From the NCBI GenBank assembly GCA_045604085.1, contig JAZUNK010000023.1:1-62925 (forward strand): DNA of 62,925 nucleotides. The letters are read 5' to 3'. Below the pieces are notes generated by a model. It was not told the DNA's origin. It did not search any database and worked only from the letters and a program-made list of their open reading frames with translations. How positions within the stretch are numbered: position 1 is the first letter of the stretch; each line of letters starts with the position of its first letter. Positions 1 through 10,681 of the stretch are shown in pieces. This DNA is from Candidatus Nanosyncoccus sp. (lineage in GTDB: Bacteria; Patescibacteriota; Saccharimonadia; Saccharimonadales; Saccharimonadaceae). The position numbers and the translations under genes were made by a program.

Positions 1-701
1 AGAAGAAAACTGAGGTAAAATCTCCAAAATATACTGCTCAGATGAAAAAGCTGTGGCAAATTGCGCAGACGGCGATGAAAGAAAGAAAACCTTTCCGCGC
101 AGAAAAAGCGCTTTTAACGATTTTAAAATTCGACGAAAAAAACGCAGCAGCCTATAACCGATTGGGTATTTTATACGCGAAGAGTCAAAAATATGATGAA
201 GCGGTAGAGTGTTTCGAAATTGCTCAATCGCTTGATAATAACCCGGCTTCGATTCATAATGTTGGATTAATTTATCTGGAGACTGGTGCGTATGAAAAGG
301 CGGCTATGGCGTTTACGCAGGCGATAGAGCTTGAGGGCGATGTTCCGGCAAGATATATCGCACTAGCAAAAGCTGAAGAAAAACTAGGTAGAACTAAAAA
401 AGCAGTCGAGGCCTTAGAAAGCGCATATGACCTGGATCCGAAAGTGGCTACACTGAGACAAATACTGGCTATTTATGAAGATATGGGAGACGTGGAAGCG
501 GCAACTGCGACGGCGGCTAGGATTGAATCTCAAATAGCTAAGGAGAATGAAGCAAAAAAGAAAAAGATTATTGCTGCTGAACGAAAAGTTAGTGCTACTA
601 GGAGAGCCGTTGCATCTAAAGACGCCAAAAACCAGAAAAAGAATAGTGTTAAAACTCTACCTAAGATTATAAAACCACACGCGGGACGAAAACGGATTTA
701 A
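1..701 (+). CDS. TPR-repeat protein with basic C-terminal tail (probably 5'-truncated by window edge)
   Basis: TPR motifs (AYNRLGILY, SIHNVGLIYLETGAYEKA); frame is open upstream of ATG 42 to the window start. Confidence 0.8.
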   Translation, partial: KKTEVKSPKYTAQMKKLWQIAQTAMKERKPFRAEKALLTILKFDEKNAAAYNRLGILYAKSQKYDEAVECFEIAQSLDNNPASIHNVGLIYLETGAYEKAAMAFTQAIELEGDVPARYIALAKAEEKLGRTKKAVEALESAYDLDPKVATLRQILAIYEDMGDVEAATATAARIESQIAKENEAKKKKIIAAERKVSATRRAVASKDAKNQKKNSVKTLPKIIKPHAGRKRI

Positions 702-742
702 TAACTTGATTTTTACAGACAGTTTGATATAATATATTAAGT

Positions 743-827
743 GCTGGAATCGTCTAGTGGCAATGACAAGAGACTGTAAATCTCTCGCCTTCGGGCTTCG
801 TAGGTTCGAGTCCTACTTCCAGCACCA
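743..827 (+). tRNA. tRNA-Tyr(GTA)
   Basis: GCTGGAA/TTCCAGC acceptor stem, AGAGA-CTGTAAA-TCTCT anticodon arm, long variable arm, GTTCGAG T-loop, CCA end. Confidence 0.95.
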
Positions 828-923
828 TTATTTGAGATTAAAAGCCGCCAGTGCGGCATTTTTCTTGCCTTGCTTTAGCAAAATCTAGTCCTACTTTAGA
901 AAGTGTGATATAATCGATTCAGT

Positions 924-999
924 GCCTTCTTAGCTCAGTCGGTAGAGCGCATCCATGGTAAGGATGAGGTCACCAGTTCAAACCTGGTAGAAGGCTCCA
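924..999 (+). tRNA. tRNA-Thr(GGT)
   Basis: GCCTTCT/AGAAGGC acceptor stem, CATCC-ATGGTAA-GGATG anticodon arm, CCA end. Confidence 0.95.
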
Positions 1000-1000
1000 T

Positions 1001-1022
1001 AAACACCTTAAGGTGTTTTTTT
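1001..1022 (+). terminator. Intrinsic terminator after tRNA-Thr
   Basis: AAACACC-TTAA-GGTGTTT followed by T run. Confidence 0.65.
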
Positions 1023-1077
1023 ATTATAAATAATATGCTACACTGTAAAGTAAGATATATGATAATTAAGGAGGAAA

Positions 1078-1839
1078 ATGTTTAATTTAAGTGGAAGAAT
1101 TGCGGTAGTTACTGGTGCTTCTTCTGGTTTAGGGCGACAGATGGCACTTGCGCTTGCGAGGCAAGGTGCGGGTTTAGCAATATTGGCTAGAAGAATAGAG
1201 AGACTAGAAGCTTTCAAGCCAGAGCTTGAAAAGGCGGGAGCTTCTAAGGTCGTGGCTTATAAATGTGACGTAACTAATACGGATAATATTAATAGTGTTG
1301 CAAAGGCGATTGAAAAAGAATTTGGGCGTGTAGATATTTTGTTGAATTGTGCTGGCTCTTCTAAAGACAAGGGTGTGCTCGAAATGACTGATGATGAATG
1401 GGACTTTACTATAGCGACGGATGAAACTAGCGTATTTAAAATGACTCGAGCATTTGCTAATATTATGAAAAAGAATAATTATGGACGAATTATTAATATT
1501 GCATCAATGTATGGCTTGGTTGGAAACACTGAGATCCATACTGTTGCCTATCATGCTTCTAAGGGGGCCGTTGTTAATTTTACCCGAGCGGTAGCAGCAG
1601 AGCTTGCAATGGATGGGATTACTTGTAATGCGATTTGTCCAGGATATTTTGAGACAGAATTAACAAAGCAGGTACTTGATACCCCATCTTTCCAAGAGTT
1701 CGCAAAAACTCATGTACCGATGCAGAGGTATGGCAAACCGGGAGAACTTGACGCGGCAGTGGTATTTTTGGCTTCCGATGAATCATCGTACGTAACAGGG
1801 CTTATTATGCCAGTTGATGGTGGATATACTGCTATTTAA
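1078..1839 (+). CDS. Classical SDR oxidoreductase (gluconate 5-dehydrogenase/FabG-like)
   Basis: TGASSGLG, NCAG, YHASK catalytic motif, VDGG; strong SD GGAGG. Confidence 0.9.
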   Translation: MFNLSGRIAVVTGASSGLGRQMALALARQGAGLAILARRIERLEAFKPELEKAGASKVVAYKCDVTNTDNINSVAKAIEKEFGRVDILLNCAGSSKDKGVLEMTDDEWDFTIATDETSVFKMTRAFANIMKKNNYGRIINIASMYGLVGNTEIHTVAYHASKGAVVNFTRAVAAELAMDGITCNAICPGYFETELTKQVLDTPSFQEFAKTHVPMQRYGKPGELDAAVVFLASDESSYVTGLIMPVDGGYTAI

Positions 1840-3188
1840 TGGATTGTTTTATTGCTATAGATTTAAAATCTTTCTACGCATCAGTAGAGTGTGTAGAAAG
1901 AGGTCTTGATCCGCTAAAGGCTAGGTTGGTTGTAGCCGATCCGTCACGAACTGAAAAAACGATTTGTCTTGCCGTTTCTCCTGCCTTGAAGAAATTGGGA
2001 ATACCCGGGCGGGCGCGTCTTTTTGAAGTGTTGCAGAAAACGCATAATTTCATGATTGCTCCACCTAGAATGCGAAAATATATGGAAGTTAGCTCACGAA
2101 TTTTTAGCATCTATGCAAAATATATTGCTATGGAAGATATACATGTTTATTCGGTCGACGAAGCTTTCCTTGATGTAACGCATTATCTTAAGACATACAA
2201 AATGACTCCACATGAACTTGCGATGACTATTGTTAAGGATGTTTATCAGCAAACTGGAATTACGGCTACTGTAGGGATTGGTACAAATTTATATCTTGCA
2301 AAAATTGCGATGGATATAGAGGCTAAACACCTTTCGGCGGATAAGGATGGAGTTAGAATTGCAGGACTAGACGAGATCTCTTATAGAAAAAAGCTTTGGA
2401 CTCATAAGCCCTTAACTGACTTTTGGCGTATAGGGCCAGGATACCAACGACGTTTACACGATCTTGGTATTCAAACTATGGGTGATCTTGCAAAATATTC
2501 TTTGACTGGGTCTGATAAGTTATATGAAAAATTTGGAATCAATGCGGAACTTTTGATTGATCACGCTTGGGGTTGGGAATCGGCAACGATGAGAGATATA
2601 AAAAATTTTAGGTCAACGAATCATAGTCTTAGTATTGGTCAGGTTCTATCGAAACCTTATGACTTTTACAAATCTCGCCTTGTGGTTTGGGAAATGGCAG
2701 ATGCGCTTAGTCTCGAATTGTTCGAAAAAGGACTGGTGGCAGACCAGATCGTTTTAACGGTTGGTTACGACTATAATAATGTTAGTTTTTTAAAAACAGA
2801 GATTGATCGCTATGGTAGACAAATACCTAAGAGTTCGCACGGCTCAATTAATTTTGGGTTTTTTTCTAATTCTTGCAAATTGATCACTGATAAGATGATG
2901 GAGCTTTTTGATAAGTGTGTGGATGAAAAATTGTTAACTAGACGTTTCTATGTGGTTGCTAACCATGTTCGTTATGAAAATGAGATTAAAACCCAAAGCA
3001 GACAACTCGCGCTTTTTTCTAATTATGATAAAGAGCTTAATGATGTTGAAAAAGAAAAACGATTAAGAAAGGCTGAAATCGAAATTAAAAATCGTTTTGG
3101 GAAAAATTCAATTTTGAAACTTAAGAACTTGGAGGAAGGGGCAACGATGGTTCAACGTAATAGACAAGTCGGAGGGCATAGAGCATGA
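1839..3188 (+). CDS. Y-family translesion DNA polymerase (ImpB/MucB/SamB, UvrX-like)
   Basis: IDLKSFYASVEC, YSVDEAFLD, GIGTNLYLAK, C-terminal RNRQVGGHRA. Confidence 0.9.
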   Translation: MDCFIAIDLKSFYASVECVERGLDPLKARLVVADPSRTEKTICLAVSPALKKLGIPGRARLFEVLQKTHNFMIAPPRMRKYMEVSSRIFSIYAKYIAMEDIHVYSVDEAFLDVTHYLKTYKMTPHELAMTIVKDVYQQTGITATVGIGTNLYLAKIAMDIEAKHLSADKDGVRIAGLDEISYRKKLWTHKPLTDFWRIGPGYQRRLHDLGIQTMGDLAKYSLTGSDKLYEKFGINAELLIDHAWGWESATMRDIKNFRSTNHSLSIGQVLSKPYDFYKSRLVVWEMADALSLELFEKGLVADQIVLTVGYDYNNVSFLKTEIDRYGRQIPKSSHGSINFGFFSNSCKLITDKMMELFDKCVDEKLLTRRFYVVANHVRYENEIKTQSRQLALFSNYDKELNDVEKEKRLRKAEIEIKNRFGKNSILKLKNLEEGATMVQRNRQVGGHRA

Positions 3189-3373
3189 ATTCTCCATATG
3201 AAGATATTATAGGATTGCCACATTTCCATGATTCTAAACGCCCTTTCATGTCAAATAGAGATCGTGCTGCTCAATTTATGCCTTTTAAGTCCTTAAATGA
3301 GTATGATGTGTATATCGATAATACAACTTCCGAGATTTTAAATGAAGATAACTATATTATTATTGAAGAGTAG
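3185..3373 (+). CDS. YolD-like small partner of Y-family polymerase (short)
   Basis: YEDIIGLPH...MSNRDRAAQFMPF motif; ATGA overlap with polymerase. Confidence 0.7.
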   Translation: MNSPYEDIIGLPHFHDSKRPFMSNRDRAAQFMPFKSLNEYDVYIDNTTSEILNEDNYIIIEE

Positions 3374-3398
3374 GTTATAATTAAAGGAAAGGAGGAAT

Positions 3399-3935
3399 AT
3401 GTATAAGGGAACAAAGACAGAAGAAAATTTAAAGAAAGCGCTTGCTGGCGAAAGTGAAGCAAGAACAAAATATGATTTTTTTGCTTCGCAAGCTAAAAAA
3501 GACGGCTATGAGCAAATTGCGGCAATTTTTGCAGAAACTGCAGCAAACGAGAAAGAACATGCGAAGTTATGGTATAAAGAGCTTCATGGTGGAGCAGTAG
3601 AACCCACGGAAATAAATTTACAGGCCGCTGCAGATGGCGAAAATTATGAATATACTGATATGTATGTAGAATTTGCTAAAGTAGCGCGAGAAGAAGGTTT
3701 TCATGAGCTGGCTGAAAAATTTGATCAGGTAGCTGCGATCGAAAAAACTCACGAAGAGCGATATTTGAAGCTACTCGCCAATGTTAAAGAAAAGAAAGTT
3801 TTTTCACGCGATGGCGATGCGATTTGGGTTTGTCGAAATTGTGGTCATATTGTAATTGGTAAAGATGCACCTGAAGTTTGTCCAGTTTGCAACCATCCAC
3901 GTGCGTATTTTGAAATCAAGGCACAAAATTATTAA
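3399..3935 (+). CDS. rbr: Rubrerythrin
   Basis: [15 protein letters not shown] diiron motifs; CRNCG...CPVC rubredoxin-like domain. Confidence 0.95.
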   Translation: MYKGTKTEENLKKALAGESEARTKYDFFASQAKKDGYEQIAAIFAETAANEKEHAKLWYKELHGGAVEPTEINLQAAADGENYEYTDMYVEFAKVAREEGFHELAEKFDQVAAIEKTHEERYLKLLANVKEKKVFSRDGDAIWVCRNCGHIVIGKDAPEVCPVCNHPRAYFEIKAQNY

Positions 3936-3966
3936 AAAATAAAATATTGTGGTATAATTACCACAT

Positions 3967-4042
3967 GCCGCCTTAGCTCAGTTGGTAGAGCAACGGTTTT
4001 GTAAACCGTAGGTCGTCAGTTCAAGCCTGACAGGCGGCTCCA
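3967..4042 (+). tRNA. tRNA-Thr(TGT)
   Basis: GCCGCCT/AGGCGGC acceptor stem, ACGGT-TTTGTAA-ACCGT anticodon arm, CCA end. Confidence 0.95.
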
Positions 4043-4105
4043 TGAGGGAAAACGGAAGTTAATTCCGTTTAATTTTTTGATTGCTGTTTATGCTATAATT
4101 GAAAC

Positions 4106-5311
4106 ATGGATGTAATTTTATTGATTTTGGGAATAATAATTATTGTTTTGTTAGCGGTATTGATCGTCTTGTCAATAAGAAAAAATAACAATACCTTAAA
4201 TTCAGCGAATTTTAAATCTATGGAAGAAAGGTTGATTCGTGTTGAGGGGGAGGTGGGGAAGATTAGTCCAGAAATGGATCGTAATTTTCGTGAGAATCGT
4301 AAGGAGATTACTGATAATTTTGAACGAATGCGAAGCAGTAATGAAAAAGAGCTTGAACGAATGCGGACGGGAAATGAAAAAAGCCTTGAACAGCTAAGAA
4401 CGAATAACGAAAAGAAACTCGAAGAAATGCGAGAGACAGTAGATGAAAAACTTAAAGCTTCGGTAGAAAAAAGATTCAACGAAAGTTTTAAATCTATTTC
4501 TACTCAACTAACTCAGGTTTATCAAGGATTAGGTGAAATGAAAAATCTCGCGACGGGTGTTGGAGATTTGAAAAAGGTAATGGAGGGAGTCAAAACTCGC
4601 GGGATCTATGGAGAAGTGCAGCTTGGCGCGATTATTGAAGACATCTTAAATAAATCACAATACGAAGAAAATACTATTACGAAAAAAGGAAGTACAGATA
4701 GAGTCGAGTTTGCAATTAAAATGCCGGGAAAAGACGTAGAAAGCGTAGTTTATTTACCAATTGACTCTAAATTCCCGGTTGAAAATTATTCAAGATTAAT
4801 TGCGGCTTATGATAGCGGAAATAAAACAGAGATTGAAAGATATGGGAAAGCTCTGGCAACGGATGTAAAAGAGCAGGCAAAGAAAATTTCGACAAAATAT
4901 CTTGATCCGCCGATGACTACAGATTTTGGAATTATGTTTGTGCCAACTGAATCTTTATATGCAGAGATTTTAAGGATTCCTGGGCTATCGGATGAAATTA
5001 GACAAAGATATCACGTTTCTATAACAAGCCCTTCCACATTGCCTGTTGCACTAAATGGGCTTTTGATGGGCTTTAAAACCGTTGCAATCGAAAAACGTTC
5101 AGCAGAAGTGTGGCAGATACTCGGAGCAGTTAAGACACAGTTTGGCAAATTTGGCGATTTGCTTGAAGGCGTACAGAAGAAATTGCAAGAATCTGCTAAT
5201 AAAATTGAGTCAGCTAAGACAACTTCGAGACAAATTGAACGAAAATTGAAGAGCGTTGAAGAATTACCGGAATCTGAATCTAAAAAGATGATTGGTGAAG
5301 TGCTTGATTGA
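4106..5311 (+). CDS. rmuC: DNA recombination protein RmuC
   Basis: N-terminal TM, coiled coil, KTRGIYGEVQL, LPIDSKFP, MFVPTESLY. Confidence 0.93.
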   Translation: MDVILLILGIIIIVLLAVLIVLSIRKNNNTLNSANFKSMEERLIRVEGEVGKISPEMDRNFRENRKEITDNFERMRSSNEKELERMRTGNEKSLEQLRTNNEKKLEEMRETVDEKLKASVEKRFNESFKSISTQLTQVYQGLGEMKNLATGVGDLKKVMEGVKTRGIYGEVQLGAIIEDILNKSQYEENTITKKGSTDRVEFAIKMPGKDVESVVYLPIDSKFPVENYSRLIAAYDSGNKTEIERYGKALATDVKEQAKKISTKYLDPPMTTDFGIMFVPTESLYAEILRIPGLSDEIRQRYHVSITSPSTLPVALNGLLMGFKTVAIEKRSAEVWQILGAVKTQFGKFGDLLEGVQKKLQESANKIESAKTTSRQIERKLKSVEELPESESKKMIGEVLD

Positions 5312-5316
5312 GGATA

Positions 5317-5351
5317 AAATGTGTTTGGCGGTCTGGCCGGCACATTTTTTT
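5317..5351. terminator. Terminator between convergent rmuC and lepB
   Basis: AAATGTG...CACATTT stem with T run. Confidence 0.55.
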
Positions 5352-5398
5352 GTTGAGCAAAAGTTATTGATAGCATTCTTTAATGCTAATTGTCTAAC

Positions 5399-6067
5399 TT
5401 AGAAAGTTCGGATTTTGTCAAACGGGAATAGCCTGAAAACTACTGGACCGATAATGCGGCAGTATGGTATTGTACCGAGACCGTTGCGAGAGTCCCAGGA
5501 ATTAGAACCCTCGCGATTGTCGCCGGAAACAAATAGTTCGCCTTCTGGTACAGTGAGGTCTACCTCGCCACTAGTATATTCTTTAGGTCCATCCGTCTCG
5601 GAAGTACGATATTCTTCGTCATAAATAAAGCCATCAGGGTGCTCTTCGTTATAGATCGTCATAATACCGTCCTTTACAACAACGCGTTCGCCAGGAAAAG
5701 CTATAACGCGTTTTATAATATATTGATCACTAACATTGGAAGGAACCGAACAGGTTAAAGGGTGTTCTATGCCTTGAGCTTTATATTCGGCAACTTTTGC
5801 TTCGTCTTCGTTTAGAAAAACGATGATCTGACCGCGTTCTGGAACATATTCCTGGCCAACAAAATGACTCCAGGAAACAGCAGCTCGATTTACTATAACT
5901 CGATCATCTTCATGTAAGGTATTTTCCATACTCCCGCCAACGACATTATAAGAACGATAAATATAAGTATTCAAAAATAGAGTACCGAGAATTATGGCAC
6001 CAATAAAGCCACCGAGACTAAGCAAGTCTTTCAATAAAGGGTGTTTTTGAAAAAAAGTTGGTTCCAT
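5399..6067 (-). CDS. lepB: Signal peptidase I
   Basis: GGSMENTL (Ser), IKRVIA (Lys), GDNR..S.DSR. Confidence 0.93.
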   Translation of the reverse strand: MEPTFFQKHPLLKDLLSLGGFIGAIILGTLFLNTYIYRSYNVVGGSMENTLHEDDRVIVNRAAVSWSHFVGQEYVPERGQIIVFLNEDEAKVAEYKAQGIEHPLTCSVPSNVSDQYIIKRVIAFPGERVVVKDGIMTIYNEEHPDGFIYDEEYRTSETDGPKEYTSGEVDLTVPEGELFVSGDNREGSNSWDSRNGLGTIPYCRIIGPVVFRLFPFDKIRTF

Positions 6068-6126
6068 GGATTTTATTATATCATTAATTTAAGCTTTATT
6101 TAAATTATTTGTTATAATATATAAGT

Positions 6127-6912
6127 ATGGCAGATTTTGTTTTAGCTAGGAAATCACGAAATATTGCAAGCAATCTTGTGCATGTTTTTTTAAATATTTT
6201 ACTTGGGGTTGGAACCGTTTTAATAACGGTCTTGTCGGGTAATCCTTTACCGGGAATAATATTAGTGCTTCTTTCTAAGTGGCGAATTTTTGCGGTTAGA
6301 GCAAGATATTTATGGCTGAATATAAAATCAAATTTGGTTGATATAATTGTTGGATTAAGTGTAGTGCTGTTAACCTATTATGCCGGTGCAGCATTCTTGC
6401 CAGTTGATTTCATTTTAATGGTTTTCTATTGCGTATGGTTGCTATTTATTAAACCTTTGTCCTCTGAGATGGCTACAATGGCACAATCTTTGATTGCCGT
6501 TTTTCTTGGTATTAGCGCTTCGGCAATTATGGCTGCAAATTTGAATACTATCGTTTTTGTGCTAATCGCCTTTTTGATTGGTTATTCAGCGAGCCGACAT
6601 GTTTTAGTACAGAGCAGTAGCGATCGTGACTTCACTTTGACTACTTTAGTTTGTGGATTAATTTTTGCGGAAATAGCTTGGCTTTGTTATTCTTGGTCGA
6701 TTGTGTATACTTTTGGTTCGACTGGAATTAGAATCCCTCAGGCTGCTATTATTTTAACAATATTTGCCTTTGTTTATAATTTTGTTCGTCAGACTATAGT
6801 AAAATACCAAGAGGATTTTCGTTTTAGACAAATTCTTGGACCAATCGCTTTTGGTATAATATTAACTGCAATAATTATAATATGGTTTAGTAATCCAATT
6901 TTTAATATATAA
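6127..6912 (+). CDS. Multi-pass membrane protein of unknown function
   Basis: Many hydrophobic helices; extended -10 just upstream of ATG. Confidence 0.75.
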   Translation: MADFVLARKSRNIASNLVHVFLNILLGVGTVLITVLSGNPLPGIILVLLSKWRIFAVRARYLWLNIKSNLVDIIVGLSVVLLTYYAGAAFLPVDFILMVFYCVWLLFIKPLSSEMATMAQSLIAVFLGISASAIMAANLNTIVFVLIAFLIGYSASRHVLVQSSSDRDFTLTTLVCGLIFAEIAWLCYSWSIVYTFGSTGIRIPQAAIILTIFAFVYNFVRQTIVKYQEDFRFRQILGPIAFGIILTAIIIIWFSNPIFNI

Positions 6913-6920
6913 GGAGGAAA

Positions 6921-8129
6921 ATGAAAAAAGAAGAGGGCGACTTTTCTGAAGCAAAAACAATTGAAGATAAAACAGAATCTACTTTGTCTATGAATGAGGG
7001 ATTAAGAAAAAAAAGTAGCTGTTGTAAAGTCGCGACCGTGATTTCTATTTTGGCGCTAGTACTCGGCGGAAGCGGACTTGTTCTAGGATGGATGGGATTG
7101 GAGAAAGCATCCACCCCGATTACTTTTTTATCAAATGGTACAGACGGGAATTCTGCAAATTTTACGGAAGGGTCAATTGCTGATATTGCGGATAAAGTTT
7201 CAAAAAGCGTCGTATCGATTGTTACCTCTACAAAAGCAACTAATTTTTTCGGGCAGAGCTATGATTCCTCGGCGGCCGGAACTGGAATTATTGTTTCGTC
7301 TGATGGGTATATATTAACAAATAAACATGTTATTAACGGCGCTACGAAGGTAATAGTTGTTTTAGATGATGGGACGACTTATGAAGATGTCGAGGTCGTG
7401 GCAACCGATCCACTAAATGATGTTGCCTTTCTAAAGATAGATGATGTATCAGACTTATCTGCTGCAACGCTGGGAGATTCTAAAACAATTTCAGTTGGGC
7501 AACAAGTTATCGCTATCGGTAATGCTTTAGGCGAATATCAAAATACGGTTACGGCTGGAATTATTTCTGGGACTGGACGTTCCGTGACCGCGTCGGACGG
7601 AAGCGGCTATAATACTGAAACTTTATCTGACATGATTCAAACAGATGCAGCTATTAATTCTGGGAATTCAGGCGGGCCGCTAGTAAACGCAGCCGGTCAA
7701 GTAATTGGAATTAATACTGCTACTTCAACTAGCGCTGAAAATATGGGCTTTGCTATACCAATTTCTTCGGTTAAGGGAATGTTAGCACAGCTTATAGAGT
7801 CTGGAAAAGCAGAAAGAACTTATCTTGGGGTCTATACGGTCGATATTACTTCCGAAGTTGCAAAAGCGTATAATCTTCCCGTGACTTCTGGTGCATATCT
7901 TTACAGCCCATCTTCATATTCTGCGATTGTTAATGATAGTCCAGCATCAAAAGCTGGTCTAAAAGATAAAGATATCATAACGGCAGTAAATGGTGTTAAA
8001 GTAGGCGCAGCCGGTTCGATTGCGAATTTAATAGGCGAATATAAGCCTGGTGACACTGTTCAATTGACGGTAATTCGTGAAGGAAAAGAAATTGCAATCA
8101 ATGTTACGCTTGAAGGATATAGTAAATAA
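6921..8129 (+). CDS. htrA: HtrA/DegP serine protease with PDZ domain
   Basis: TNKHV, DVAFLKI, AINSGNSGGPL, C-terminal PDZ, N-terminal TM. Confidence 0.95.
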   Translation: MKKEEGDFSEAKTIEDKTESTLSMNEGLRKKSSCCKVATVISILALVLGGSGLVLGWMGLEKASTPITFLSNGTDGNSANFTEGSIADIADKVSKSVVSIVTSTKATNFFGQSYDSSAAGTGIIVSSDGYILTNKHVINGATKVIVVLDDGTTYEDVEVVATDPLNDVAFLKIDDVSDLSAATLGDSKTISVGQQVIAIGNALGEYQNTVTAGIISGTGRSVTASDGSGYNTETLSDMIQTDAAINSGNSGGPLVNAAGQVIGINTATSTSAENMGFAIPISSVKGMLAQLIESGKAERTYLGVYTVDITSEVAKAYNLPVTSGAYLYSPSSYSAIVNDSPASKAGLKDKDIITAVNGVKVGAAGSIANLIGEYKPGDTVQLTVIREGKEIAINVTLEGYSK

Positions 8130-8140
8130 CTCTTTTAAAA

Positions 8141-8848
8141 TTATCTGGCACTTTTATATTTTACGGGATTTTTAATAAGAGTTATTATATATCCTCGAGT
8201 TTCAACATGACTAAAATTCTTTTTTTCGGCATAAGTAACTATGCTGTTATGTTGGCAGGGGTCGGCTTCTAATATTAAATATCGAATAGTTCTATCAGAC
8301 GCCTGATCTATTAGTTCATAAATTAATGCTAACCCTTTTTCTTTTGCATAAAGCGCTTCTTTGGGCTCAAAGCTAAGAGACTTTTTATCTAACCAGTCCC
8401 AATTTTCATCAACGTACGGTAAATTAGCTACAATAACATCAGGAGTAAAGTTGACATTTTTGAGTAAGTGTGATATAATGAAAGTTATGGATGCGTCATA
8501 ATTTTTGGCGTTTTTTTGTGCAATTTTTAAGGCCTTCTCGGAAATGTCTGAAGCAAAAATTTTTGATTCGGGTAATTCTTTTTTTAAAGTAATCGCAATG
8601 CAGCCAGAACCCGTGCCGACATCTATTATTTTTAGATTTTTACTATTAATTTTAGCTTTTGGCGGTTTGACTCCTGGTAAAATTGGTTTTCCAACAATAG
8701 ACAAAACAGCGTCGATTATTTGCTCGGTTTCGGGACGAGGGATTAAAACATCAGGCGTAACCATGAAATCACGACCATAAAAATCTTGTATTCCACGCTG
8801 ATAAGCTAGTGGGTAAGACTCATTATTTTTTTGTAAGCTCACGTTCAT
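8141..8848 (-). CDS. prmC: Release factor glutamine methyltransferase (N-terminal domain largely absent)
   Basis: [24 protein letters not shown]; directly downstream of prfA. Confidence 0.9.
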   Translation of the reverse strand: MNVSLQKNNESYPLAYQRGIQDFYGRDFMVTPDVLIPRPETEQIIDAVLSIVGKPILPGVKPPKAKINSKNLKIIDVGTGSGCIAITLKKELPESKIFASDISEKALKIAQKNAKNYDASITFIISHLLKNVNFTPDVIVANLPYVDENWDWLDKKSLSFEPKEALYAKEKGLALIYELIDQASDRTIRYLILEADPCQHNSIVTYAEKKNFSHVETRGYIITLIKNPVKYKSAR

Positions 8849-9863
8849 GTTTTACTAATTCATGAATAATATCGTCGATATCGCCATTCATTGCAGCGGG
8901 TATATTAGAGCGAGAATAATGGATGCGATGATCGGTAATGCGATCTTGGGGAAAATTATAAGTACGGATTTTTTCGGAGCGATCCCCAGTTCCGATGAGT
9001 GATTTACGAGCTTCAGATGCGTTCTTGATCTCTTTCTCCTTTTTCTTTTCAAGAAGACGCGAACGTAAAATATTCATTGCTTTAATGCGATTTTGTTGTT
9101 GCGAACGTTCATCTTGCATCGCAACGACGAGCCCGGTTGGGAGATGTGTAATACGAACAGCAGAATCGGTAGTATTAACTCCTTGGCCACCATGGCCACC
9201 GGAACGATAAATATCAATACGAAGATCTTCGGGATTAATTTCTAAATCTTCTTCGGCAGCTTCAGGAAGAACGGCGACTGTTGCAGTCGAGGTATGGATA
9301 CGACCCTGAGACTCGGTCACGGGAACACGTTGGACACGATGAACTCCACCTTCAAATTTTAATTGCCCGTAGGCGTTATCGCCAGAAATTTTAAAAATAA
9401 CTTCTTTTGTGCCGCCCGCTTCATTTTCATTTTGGCTGATTAGCTCTGCCTTTAGACCATGATTTTCAGCATATTTCAAATACATTCGATATAATTCTCC
9501 GGCAAATAAGCTAGCTTCGTCGCCTCCGGCTCCTGCGCGAATTTCAATGATAGCTGGTTTGTCATCTTCTGGATCGCGGGGAATTAGAAGTTCTTCAAGT
9601 TCGTTTTTAGCTAAGTCAATTTCTATCTTTAGATTTTTGATGTCCTCTTTAGCGAGCTCTCCGAGATCCGGATCGTTGACTAAATCTTCAGCCTCCTTAA
9701 GACTAGCTGAAGATCGATCAATTTTATTACATAAGTCAATGATCTGACGAAGGGTATTTGCGCGTTTAGACTTCACTGCAAAATTTGGGTCGCTATATGA
9801 GTCTGGCCGTGCTAGAAACCTATCAATCTCGTCTAACTCATTTTTAAACTTTGATAAATCCAT
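8823..9863 (-). CDS. prfA: Peptide chain release factor 1
   Basis: GGDEA, RVPVTE (PxT), [12 protein letters not shown]. Confidence 0.97.
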   Translation of the reverse strand: MDLSKFKNELDEIDRFLARPDSYSDPNFAVKSKRANTLRQIIDLCNKIDRSSASLKEAEDLVNDPDLGELAKEDIKNLKIEIDLAKNELEELLIPRDPEDDKPAIIEIRAGAGGDEASLFAGELYRMYLKYAENHGLKAELISQNENEAGGTKEVIFKISGDNAYGQLKFEGGVHRVQRVPVTESQGRIHTSTATVAVLPEAAEEDLEINPEDLRIDIYRSGGHGGQGVNTTDSAVRITHLPTGLVVAMQDERSQQQNRIKAMNILRSRLLEKKKEKEIKNASEARKSLIGTGDRSEKIRTYNFPQDRITDHRIHYSRSNIPAAMNGDIDDIIHELVKHERELTKK

Positions 9864-9889
9864 GATATAATATATTGTATCATACTTTT

Positions 9890-9966
9890 GGATCCTTAGC
9901 TCAGCTGGCTAGAGCGTACGATTCACATTCGTAAGGTCACAGGTTCGAGCCCTGTAGGATCCACCA
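9890..9966 (+). tRNA. tRNA-Val(CAC)
   Basis: GGATCCT/AGGATCC acceptor stem, TACGA-TTCACAT-TCGTA anticodon arm, CCA end. Confidence 0.93.
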
Positions 9967-9973
9967 CTAAATT

Positions 9974-10681
9974 ATGTTAGAATTAAAAAATGTTTCATTT
10001 GAAGTTAAAGAAGAGGGACGATATAGCCAGATTTTAAAAGATATTAGTTTAATGATTCCCGAAGGTACTTTTTTTGTGATAACTGGACCGAACGGAAGCG
10101 GAAAATCCACGCTCGCAAAAATCATTATGGGGATTTTGAAACCTACGAGTGGGAAAATATTCTTTAATGGCGAAGAAATAACTAGTACATCAATTATGCA
10201 GAGGGCAAAACTTGGGATATCTTTTTCTTTTCAGCAACCGGTGAAGATAAAAGGCATTTCTGTATATGAATTAATTGAAATAGCGGCAGAAAATAATTTG
10301 AGTCCTGAAGAAGTAAAAAAATGTATTGAAAATGTCGGGCTCAATCCGGATGATTATCTTAGTCGCGAGATAGATAATAGTCTATCTGGCGGCGAATTAA
10401 AGAGAATTGAAATTGCTTCTGTTCTAGCAAGAAAGAGTAAACTGACTATTTTTGATGAGCCAGAAGCAGGAATCGACCTCTGGAGTTTTGATGATTTAAT
10501 CAAAATTTTTAAGAAAATGCAAAGGGATAACCGGACAACTGTCGTTATTTCGCATCAAGAACGAATTTTGAACGTCGCAGATCAAATTATTGTTTTGGAA
10601 AATGGAACGATAAAAGACATTGGAGCTAAAGACAAAGTTCTACCGCGTGTTTTAAAGGGGGCCATTGATGGAATTAAATGA
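9974..10681 (+). CDS. sufC: SufC/SmsC-like ABC ATPase
   Basis: GPNGSGKST, SFQQP, LSGGELKRIE, DEPEAGID; adjacent to SufBD gene. Confidence 0.85.
   Translation: MLELKNVSFEVKEEGRYSQILKDISLMIPEGTFFVITGPNGSGKSTLAKIIMGILKPTSGKIFFNGEEITSTSIMQRAKLGISFSFQQPVKIKGISVYELIEIAAENNLSPEEVKKCIENVGLNPDDYLSREIDNSLSGGELKRIEIASVLARKSKLTIFDEPEAGIDLWSFDDLIKIFKKMQRDNRTTVVISHQERILNVADQIIVLENGTIKDIGAKDKVLPRVLKGAIDGIK

Noticed and set aside
5319-5331. 13 nt match AATGTGTTTGGCG between the rmuC terminator and the ncRNA
   Set aside because: Matches of this length are expected by chance in 63 kb.
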